In this document: positions 24,694-31,685 of the stretch, piece by piece
Numbering within the stretch: the stretch's first letter is position 1
Layout: every line of letters begins with the position of its first letter
Assembly: GCA_903896595.1 (NCBI GenBank)
Contig: CAITYL010000398.1
Span: forward strand, 7,084 to 71,083
DNA: 64,000 bases
DNA from: an uncultured Lentisphaerota bacterium
Lineage (GTDB): Bacteria > Verrucomicrobiota > Lentisphaeria > Oligosphaerales > CAITYL01
Direction: 5' to 3'
Program-made: the position numbers and the translations under genes
Notes under the pieces: generated by a model
Database searches by the model: none
Told to the model about the DNA's origin: nothing
The model's input: only the letters and a program-made list of their open reading frames with translations

Positions 24694-25683
24694 TCAGGCA
24701 CTTTCCCGCACCAGCAGACGGGTTGGCAAGACCAGTTGCTCCGGCGCGCGGTTGCGATCTTCGACCTGGCGCAACACCAAATCCACGATCGCCCCGCCCG
24801 TGGCGGTGATGCCGACATCAATGGTGGTCAACGGCGGATAGTACACCCCGCCCAACTGCGTGCCGTCCATGCCGATCACCGCCATGTCCTCCGGAATGGA
24901 GAGCCCCTGTTTCCGCAGGCCGTAAATAACCCCGGTGGCCATATAATCGGAATACACGATCAGGGCGGAGGGACGATTCGCGGCCCGGGCGATACGCCAC
25001 CCGACTTCCTTGCCGCAGTCAAGCGTGACTCCGCAATCATAAGTCACGGCGGCCACCTGGTGTTTTTGACAGGCCTGGGCAAAGGCAATCATTTTGTAAT
25101 CGCGAGTGGGTTTCGCTTCCTGCCGCACAAACCCGACGCCACGGTGACCGCGAGCCTTGAGGTGGGCCACCGCCTCATCAAAACCCGCCTGACAATCGTG
25201 GGTCAGCGTGGAGACGTCTGAATAATCGCATTCCTGCAAAACCACGGGGAAACGCTCTTTTTTGAAATACTCGTAGTATTCATTGCCAGGCCGCACAACG
25301 TCGGTGAGCATGAGGATGCCTTCCACCCGCCGTTCCAACAGCATTTCCAGGCATTGCAGTTCCTTCTCCGGGTTCCATTGAGTGACCGACACCAGCACGT
25401 GATACCCCCGCGCCTCGGCGGCCACCATCTCGGCGGCCACCATCTCGGAAACGTAGGGCGATTGAAAATCGCCGCAAACCAGTCCCAACGTCCGGGTTTT
25501 GCCGCTGTTCAGGGCACGGGCGGAGAAGGAGGGGCGGTAATTCAGGTCGTGGGCGACCTTTTCCACCAGCCGCCGGGTGGTGTCCGAGACCGCCACCGCC
25601 GTGGTTTTCCGGTTCAGCACCCGTGACACGGTGGACTTGGCGACCCCGCTGCGGCGCGCGATATCGGTAATGGTAACCGCCAT
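24694..25683 (-). CDS. LacI family transcriptional regulator
   Basis: From ATG 25683: MAVTITDIARRSGVAKSTVSRVLN ... YRPSFSARAL HTH, followed by a periplasmic-binding-protein-like core. Confidence 0.9.
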   Translation of the reverse strand: MAVTITDIARRSGVAKSTVSRVLNRKTTAVAVSDTTRRLVEKVAHDLNYRPSFSARALNSGKTRTLGLVCGDFQSPYVSEMVAAEMVAAEARGYHVLVSVTQWNPEKELQCLEMLLERRVEGILMLTDVVRPGNEYYEYFKKERFPVVLQECDYSDVSTLTHDCQAGFDEAVAHLKARGHRGVGFVRQEAKPTRDYKMIAFAQACQKHQVAAVTYDCGVTLDCGKEVGWRIARAANRPSALIVYSDYMATGVIYGLRKQGLSIPEDMAVIGMDGTQLGGVYYPPLTTIDVGITATGGAIVDLVLRQVEDRNRAPEQLVLPTRLLVRESA

Positions 25684-25761
25684 GCTTTGCCTTTTTTTTA
25701 CTGGAACCGATAGCCTGCAACCAGTTCCAATGGCATTATAGCCAGGTTTCAGCAAAACACA

Positions 25762-25874
25762 AATCCGCGGAACCGTGGACGCATGTTCGCGGATTCCGGC
25801 AGGCCGTCTTGAGCAGCAGGCCACGAGTGGGACAGTAGGAACGGCCGGCGGAATCCGCAAAAGGGGGTTCCCAA
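25762..25874. repeat. collapsed/degenerate copy of the palindromic MITE-like element
   Basis: gcggattccggcaggccg (25789-25806) and cggccggcggaatccgc (25842-25858) match the inner stem of the 4007 and 29468 elements. It ends with gggggttcccaa (25863-25874), which is the element terminus. An extra 8-bp inverted repeat is aatccgcg/cgcggatt. Confidence 0.65.
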
Positions 25875-25875
25875 G

Positions 25876-26226
25876 CTAGTCGCCGTCGTCCACTTCCAGC
25901 CAGTCCACGTAGACCTGCTGGCCGCGGCGGAGTTCCGTGTGCCCGGAACCGCAGGCGGTACAGCGAAAATCGGCCGGCCGCGGTGCGAACTCCGCACCGC
26001 AGTCCAGGCAGGCGGCGGCGGCGGGCTCGGGCTCGATCAGCAATTCGGCGGTGCCCCAGTTGGCGGTTTCGGCAATAATTTCCAAACACCCGCGCAACGC
26101 CTCGATTTCGACGCCGGCCAGCGTGCCCACCCGCACGGCCAGGCGGAGCAACCGCCGGCCGGCGGCCTTGGCCAGTTCGGCCTCCACCAGTTCCGCCACC
26201 CCGGTTGCCAGGCTCATTTCATGCAT
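25876..26226 (-). CDS. hypA: hydrogenase nickel-incorporation protein HypA/HybF
   Basis: MHEMSLA N-terminus (Ni site MHE) and C-terminal zinc finger CLDCG ... CTACGS. 116 aa. Confidence 0.85.
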   Translation of the reverse strand: MHEMSLATGVAELVEAELAKAAGRRLLRLAVRVGTLAGVEIEALRGCLEIIAETANWGTAELLIEPEPAAAACLDCGAEFAPRPADFRCTACGSGHTELRRGQQVYVDWLEVDDGD

Positions 26227-26262
26227 AAAGCACCACTCCCCGCACCCGGTAACCTTGATTTT

Positions 26263-26347
26263 TTCACCGCGAAAGAACGCAGAGAGCGCGAAAGAAAAAT
26301 CTGTACACGTATTTCTTTCGCGATCTTTTGCGTTCTTTCGTGGTGAA
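26263..26347. repeat. triplet-unit hairpin element (ttcaccgcgaaagaacgcagagagcgcgaaagaaa / tttctttcgcgatcttttgcgttctttcgtggtgaa)
   Basis: ~35-nt arms with one bulge and a few G-T pairs; 14-nt loop aatctgtacacgta. Shares the ttcacc(a/g)cgaa terminus with 6562..6753 and 39698. Confidence 0.85.
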
Positions 26348-26358
26348 TCGGATCATTT

Positions 26359-27402
26359 TTACTTATTTTTGCATTGCTTCAGCCAGCCCATGAAATCGGG
26401 GGTGATGGCGGGCGACCATACCCCGCAATCGAGGACACACGCGGTCACCAAGGCGGCCGGAGTGACATCAAAGGCCGGGTTCCAGACCGCCGTCCGCGGC
26501 AGACACCAGCGAAGTACCTTGGAACCGCAGGCGACCCCGAGCACTTCGTCGGCGGCGCGCTGTTCGACGGGAATGCCGCGCCCATCAGGACACGCCGGAT
26601 CCACCGTGGTCCGCGGTGCGGCGACCAGGAACGGCACGCGATGATGATTGGCCAGCACGGCCAGGCCGTAGGTTCCGACCTTGTTGGCGACATCGCCATT
26701 GGCGGCGATACGGTCCGCGCCCACCACCACCCGGTGGACGCGGCCGGACGCCATCAGGGCGGCGGCCATGTTGTCGCACACCACGGTATGCGGAATGCCG
26801 GCGCGGGCCAGTTCCCAGGCGGTCAGGCGCGCGCCTTGCAGCAGCGGCCGGGTCTCGTCCACGAACACGTGGGCCACCCGCCCCTGCTCAAAACCGCGCC
26901 GGATAATCCCCAACGCCGTGCCGATGCCGGCGGTCGCCAGAGCGCCGGCATTGCAGTGGGTCAGAATGGTTTCGCCCTGCCCCAACAACGCCACGCCGTG
27001 CCGGGCAATGGCTTCGCACAACTCCACATCTTCGTCAAAGATGGTTTCCGCGGCGTCCACTACCGCCATCCGGTCCAGTTTGGGGGGATGGCCGGCGGCC
27101 AGCAGCAACCGGTCCACCGCCACCATCAGATTGACAGCGGTCGGCCGGGCAACGCGCAACCGCTCGGCGGCGGCGCGCCAGGCCGTGGCGGTCTCACCGG
27201 CGGCGGCCAGCCGGGCCAGGGCCAAGGCGGCCGCCACCCCGATCAGCGGCGCGCCACGGACGGCCAGGCCACGGATCAGTTCAATCATCTGGTCCACGTC
27301 ACGGCATTCCACCCAGACTTCTTTGCGCGGCAATTGCCGCTGGTCCAGCACCAGCAACCGGCCGCCCTCCTGGCGCAGGGCTTGGGAAATCAGATCCCGC
27401 AT
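26359..27402 (-). CDS. mtnA: S-methyl-5-thioribose-1-phosphate isomerase
   Basis: eIF-2B/MtnA family pattern from ATG 27402: LLVLDQRQLP, AVRGAPLIGVAAA, RPTAVNL, THCNAGALAT, VDETRPLLQGARLTAWEL, VGADRIAANGDVANKVGTY. Confidence 0.9.
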   Translation of the reverse strand: MRDLISQALRQEGGRLLVLDQRQLPRKEVWVECRDVDQMIELIRGLAVRGAPLIGVAAALALARLAAAGETATAWRAAAERLRVARPTAVNLMVAVDRLLLAAGHPPKLDRMAVVDAAETIFDEDVELCEAIARHGVALLGQGETILTHCNAGALATAGIGTALGIIRRGFEQGRVAHVFVDETRPLLQGARLTAWELARAGIPHTVVCDNMAAALMASGRVHRVVVGADRIAANGDVANKVGTYGLAVLANHHRVPFLVAAPRTTVDPACPDGRGIPVEQRAADEVLGVACGSKVLRWCLPRTAVWNPAFDVTPAALVTACVLDCGVWSPAITPDFMGWLKQCKNK

Positions 27403-27860
27403 GAGGCGAACTCCGTCTGCCGCAGAGCCTCGTACGCGACGATGCTGACGGCGTTGGCCAGGTTGTGACTGCGGGCATGACGCCCCGGCATGGGAATGGT
27501 GAACAGACGGTCGGCGTAGCGCGGGTAAAACGCGGGCGGCAGGCCGCTGGACTCGTTGCCGAAGACCAGAAAGTCGTCGGGCGCAAAGCGGAGGTCGTAA
27601 AGACCGGCAGTGCCCTTGGTGCTGGCAAACCACAGGCGGCCGGGCTGGGCCGTGCCGAGGAACGCGTCCCAGTCGTCATGGATTTGAAGATCTAGATATT
27701 GCCAGTAGTCAAGGCCGGCCCGGCGCACACTGGCTTCATCGGTCTGGAAGCCCAAGGGCCGTACCAGATGAAGCCGGCAGTCCGTACAGACACAGAGGCG
27801 GCCGATGGTGCCCGTATTCTGCGGGATTTCCGGGGCGATGAGGACAATATTAAACGGCAT
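27390..27860 (-). CDS. trmL: tRNA (cytidine/uridine-2'-O)-methyltransferase TrmL (SpoU family)
   Basis: MPFNIVLIAPEIPQNTGTIGRLC ... FGNESSGLP ... SHNLANAVSIVAYEALRQ; 156 aa. Overlaps mtnA by 13 nt. Confidence 0.85.
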   Translation of the reverse strand: MPFNIVLIAPEIPQNTGTIGRLCVCTDCRLHLVRPLGFQTDEASVRRAGLDYWQYLDLQIHDDWDAFLGTAQPGRLWFASTKGTAGLYDLRFAPDDFLVFGNESSGLPPAFYPRYADRLFTIPMPGRHARSHNLANAVSIVAYEALRQTEFASCGI

Positions 27861-27942
27861 GCTGGATTGCGACCGAGATGGTTAATTGATTAATTTCAGA
27901 ACCTTCAATTTTCCGTACTTCCGTTTTTCCGTGTCATGCCGC

Positions 27943-29322
27943 TTATGCATTCATCTGTAGTCGCTCGCGCCAGGCGGCCAGTTGGCGGTTGACCTGGGCG
28001 GGAGCGGTGCCGCCAATGAGGTCGCGGGCGGCAACGCTACGCCGGGGATCAAATAGTTGCAGGCATTCCGCGGTAGCGGCGGGCATGACGGTCTGCATGA
28101 GTTCCAGGGGGGCCTGGTCAAGCGGCACCTGACGCTCGCGGCACAGGGCAACAAAGCGGCCGACCTGGTGGTGGGCGTCACGGAACGGCACGCCCTGCCG
28201 CACCAGCCACTCGGCCAGATCGGTGGCCATCAAGGCGGGGTCGGCGGCCATGGCGGCCATGCGCTCCTCACGCGGCTTGGCGCCGTCGAGCATGGGGGCC
28301 AGGGCGGCGAGAATGAGCTTGACGGTGTCGATGGCGTCAAAGAGCCCTTCCTTGTCTTCTTGCAGGTCGCGGTTATAGGTCAGCGGCAAGCCTTTAAGCA
28401 GGGTGAGCATGGCCATGAGGTGACCATAAACCCGGCCAGTCTTGCCCCGGACCAGCTCGGCCACGTCCGGATTTTTCTTTTGCGGCATCAGGCTGGAGCC
28501 GGTGCAAAAGGCATCGTCCAATTCGATGAAGGCGAATTCCTGGGAGCACCACAGCACCAGATCCTCGCCCAGGCGCGACGTGTGCATGGCAATAATGGCG
28601 AGGGCGGCAAGAAATTCGACGCTGTAATCACGGTCGGCCACGGCGTCCATGCTGTTGGCCAGCACGCCGTCAAATTCCAGTTCACGGGCCACCAGCTCAC
28701 GGTCCAGCGGCAGCGTGCAACCGGCAATGGCGCCGGCGCCAAGGGGCAGCCAGTTGAGACGGCGGCGGCAATCGGCCAGCCGTCCGGCGTCGCGCCCCAG
28801 CATCTCCACATAGGCCAGCAGGTGATGGGCAAACAGCACCGGCTGCGCGTGCTGCAAATGGGTGAATCCAGGCATGACCACCTCGGCATGACGGCTGCCC
28901 AGGCCGACCAGGGCGCGCTGAAGATCACGAATGGCGTCCGTCATGGCGTCCGCCTCGGCGCGCAGGTAAAGCCGCTCATCGGTGGCCACCTGGTCGTTGC
29001 GGCTGCGGCCGGTATGGACCCGGGCGCCGGCGGGGCCGAGGGCGGCGATGAGGGCCGACTCAATGTTCATGTGGATATCTTCGAGTTCGGTCTTGAACTC
29101 GAACTCGCCACGGTCTATGCGGCCGCGGATGACCTCCAGCTCGGCCGTGATCGCCGCGGCGTCGGCGGCCGGGATGATGCCGGCCGCCGCCAGCATCTTG
29201 ACATGCGCCTGACTGCCCCGGATATCGTGGGCATACAACCGCTGGTCATAGGAGATCGACTCCGTGAACCGCCGCACCACCTGATCGGTTTCGCGGCTGA
29301 AACGTCCGCCCCATAAAGCCAT
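27943..29322 (-). CDS. argH: argininosuccinate lyase
   Basis: From ATG 29322: MALWGGRFS. Fumarate-lyase signature GSSLMPQKKNPD. Also TGRSRNDQV and TLPLDRE. Confidence 0.95.
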   Translation of the reverse strand: MALWGGRFSRETDQVVRRFTESISYDQRLYAHDIRGSQAHVKMLAAAGIIPAADAAAITAELEVIRGRIDRGEFEFKTELEDIHMNIESALIAALGPAGARVHTGRSRNDQVATDERLYLRAEADAMTDAIRDLQRALVGLGSRHAEVVMPGFTHLQHAQPVLFAHHLLAYVEMLGRDAGRLADCRRRLNWLPLGAGAIAGCTLPLDRELVARELEFDGVLANSMDAVADRDYSVEFLAALAIIAMHTSRLGEDLVLWCSQEFAFIELDDAFCTGSSLMPQKKNPDVAELVRGKTGRVYGHLMAMLTLLKGLPLTYNRDLQEDKEGLFDAIDTVKLILAALAPMLDGAKPREERMAAMAADPALMATDLAEWLVRQGVPFRDAHHQVGRFVALCRERQVPLDQAPLELMQTVMPAATAECLQLFDPRRSVAARDLIGGTAPAQVNRQLAAWRERLQMNA

Positions 29323-29467
29323 GATAGCATCCTCGTCGCAGAGGGTCTCGCCCAATTCAAGAACCCATCCGGGCAGCCCCGGCACAGGCAAAAGGAAATA
29401 TACCCGTGCCGGACCAGCTTTGCGTCACCGGACGATTCCCCGGATGGATGACCGTTTTGTTGGACAA

Positions 29468-29653
29468 TGTTGGGAACCCCCTTTTGAGGAAAGGCGGTTC
29501 CCAAACCCTCCGTCAAACCTGGTTGTGCCTTTTGCGGATTGCGCAGGCCGCCCCTGTCGTCCCAATCATGACCTGTCGCGCGAAAGCTGCCTGCGCAATC
29601 CGCAAAAAACAAAAGTTTTGGGAAGGGGGTAGGAAAACCCTTTTTCGGGGTGT
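29468..29653. repeat. palindromic MITE-like intergenic element, copy 2
   Basis: The left arm is almost identical to 4007..4090. The inner stem is ttgcggattgcgcaggc 29532-29548 with gcctgcgcaatccgcaa 29589-29605. The central segment is the reverse complement of that in copy 1. Confidence 0.85.
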
Positions 29654-29655
29654 CA

Positions 29656-29946
29656 TTACGTTCTCTGCTGAAGTGTCCTGAGCGCCTCCGTAAATGACTC
29701 ACACAGGTCATATAGACATGCTTGATCTTTGCCAAAATCTCTATCAAGCAATCCACCCATTCCGCCAAGAGGAACTTGCTCGAGAAGTTTGATGGCTGCG
29801 CGGTGATTCCCCCATTCGCGAAATTCTTTGATCGGTCTTTCAAATGTTTGGTCCCAACATGCCACACTGTGTTCATGTAGAAATCGAAGGAGTGCATCGA
29901 TTCGATCAAGTAGCCGTCTGACATCTGGATTAGTTGATGCGTCCAT
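29656..29946 (-). CDS. small hypothetical protein
   Basis: 96-aa ORF in a lower-GC islet. Protein-like helical composition with GGMGGLLDRDFG. No family recognised. Confidence 0.5.
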   Translation of the reverse strand: MDASTNPDVRRLLDRIDALLRFLHEHSVACWDQTFERPIKEFREWGNHRAAIKLLEQVPLGGMGGLLDRDFGKDQACLYDLCESFTEALRTLQQRT

Positions 29947-29997
29947 ATTTTCCCCCTTCGCCGGACCGAAAATTATCCATTGCCCCCGTGCGGAATG

Positions 29998-30579
29998 TTA
30001 CTTGCGCCCCTCAACAAGCCGGTACTGGGTGATGACCTCTTGCCCAGCGAAAAACAAAGGAGAAAGAGAGTGACGTTGCTCGCCTAAATCGTTTTCCGCC
30101 GCGTTGGCAGTGAATACACCCCCATCCGTAAGCGCATAAAAAATAGTCTCGCCATTCTTTGGCAACGGAACCTCCTTTGCCGTGGTCATCTGCGGCTGAA
30201 ACTTGGCCACCAAATTGACCATAGCTTGAGCTGCTTTGCGGATACTCTCGTGACCGATTCCGCCAATTGAACCTCCTCCACTGCTAAAATAGATGCTGGC
30301 ACTGCCATCAGAGAGTGCAATCACCGTGGCCGCCCCCTCCGGGAAACCTATCTCCATGAGTACCCCCCATGGCTGATTGGATGCAGCAGGAGCACTCAGA
30401 CCAAATGCCGTTCGAGAACCATGCAAAGCAGCATCACGCATATCGCGATACACGTTAGGCCGTGCATGCTTCAGAGCGGGCTGGTTTGGTGGTGGTAATT
30501 GGGTAGCGCGATTACGAAAGATAAGCCATAATCCAACTACACCGATGATGAGAACCAAAAGAAGAAAAGTTGATTTCAC
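29998..30579 (-). CDS. membrane-anchored hypothetical protein
   Basis: 193-aa ORF with an N-terminal TM helix (FLLLVLIIGVVGLWLIF) followed by a globular part (GSASIYFSSGGGSIGGIGH). Lower GC than the flanks. Confidence 0.55.
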   Translation of the reverse strand: MKSTFLLLVLIIGVVGLWLIFRNRATQLPPPNQPALKHARPNVYRDMRDAALHGSRTAFGLSAPAASNQPWGVLMEIGFPEGAATVIALSDGSASIYFSSGGGSIGGIGHESIRKAAQAMVNLVAKFQPQMTTAKEVPLPKNGETIFYALTDGGVFTANAAENDLGEQRHSLSPLFFAGQEVITQYRLVEGRK

Positions 30580-30878
30580 GCGCTGTGCCTTGACTCGTCT
30601 ACGCTATGAGAGCGTCCAATCACAATAATTGTTACCGTACCCGAAACCGTTGTTGCCACCCGCTTGGGGCTGACTATATCACCGGCCGGGAAAGCCGGCA
30701 ATGGTTCAGGATCTACGGAACAATGCCGAAGTCGTCGCCCACGCCAACCCCATGAATTATTATTTACAATCAACTATACTGCAATACAATAAATCACTTC
30801 TATTATGTGCGGCGGATTCACGCATCACGTCTTCACGCATCACGCCTCCCTTCCTGCCGCACCGGTTATATTCCCCGC

Positions 30879-31661
30879 ATGGTCCCCCCGTTCGCCATTT
30901 ACGATTGTCATGCGCATTTGGCCGATGCCCGGATTCTGCGCGAGTCCGCCGCGATTCTGGACCGCAGCCGGGCGCACGGGCTGCGCGGCGTGCTGGCCAC
31001 CGCGGCCCGCCACGACGAATGGCCGGCCATCATCGCCCTGACCCGCGAGCCCGGCGTTCTGGGCGCCCTCGGCCTGCATCCGTTTTTTCCGGAGGCGTGG
31101 GCCGACGCCCTGGCCGGCGAACTCCGCAACCATCTGCTGGCCGAACCGCGCCTGCGGGCCGTCGGCGAGATCGGCCTGGATTGCTGGTCGGGCCGGGACA
31201 CCCTCGACCGCCAGCTCGTCATGCTGGAGGCCCAGCTCGCGGTGGCGGGCGAACTCCGCAAACCGGTGGTGTTGCACAACCGCCGGAGCTGGAACGAGTT
31301 CTTCGCCCTGTGGCGCCGCCTTCACCAGCCGCCGCCCGGCGGGGTGCTCCACCACTTCACCGGTTCCCGCGAGATCGCCCGCCAAGCCCTTGACCTGGGG
31401 CTTCACCTGTCCTTTTGCGGCCCGCTGACCTGGCCCGGGGCCCGACGCTTGAAAGAGGTCGCCGGCTGGGCGCCGCTGGACCGCGTGCTCACCGAAACCG
31501 ACACGCCCGACCTGCCGGCCGAGCCGTTCCGCGGCGGCCTCAGCGAACCGTGGCACGCCGGCGCGGTGGTGGTGGAGCTGGCCCGGCTCAAACAACAGCC
31601 GCCGGAGACCGTGGCCGCCGCCGTGGCCGCCAATTTTTGCCGCCTGTTCGGCGCCGACTGA
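30879..31661 (+). CDS. TatD family metal-dependent hydrolase
   Basis: From ATG 30879: AIYDCHAHL metal site, GEIGLD, VLHNRRS, LHHFTGS, TETDTPD. Confidence 0.85.
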   Translation: MVPPFAIYDCHAHLADARILRESAAILDRSRAHGLRGVLATAARHDEWPAIIALTREPGVLGALGLHPFFPEAWADALAGELRNHLLAEPRLRAVGEIGLDCWSGRDTLDRQLVMLEAQLAVAGELRKPVVLHNRRSWNEFFALWRRLHQPPPGGVLHHFTGSREIARQALDLGLHLSFCGPLTWPGARRLKEVAGWAPLDRVLTETDTPDLPAEPFRGGLSEPWHAGAVVVELARLKQQPPETVAAAVAANFCRLFGAD

Positions 31662-31685
31662 CGCCCGTTCGGCAACATGGCGCGC

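Noticed and set aside
26374-29316. Plus-strand ORFs 26374..27468 and 28057..29316
   Set aside because: They lie opposite mtnA and argH, which are unambiguous (fumarate-lyase signature, MtnA blocks).
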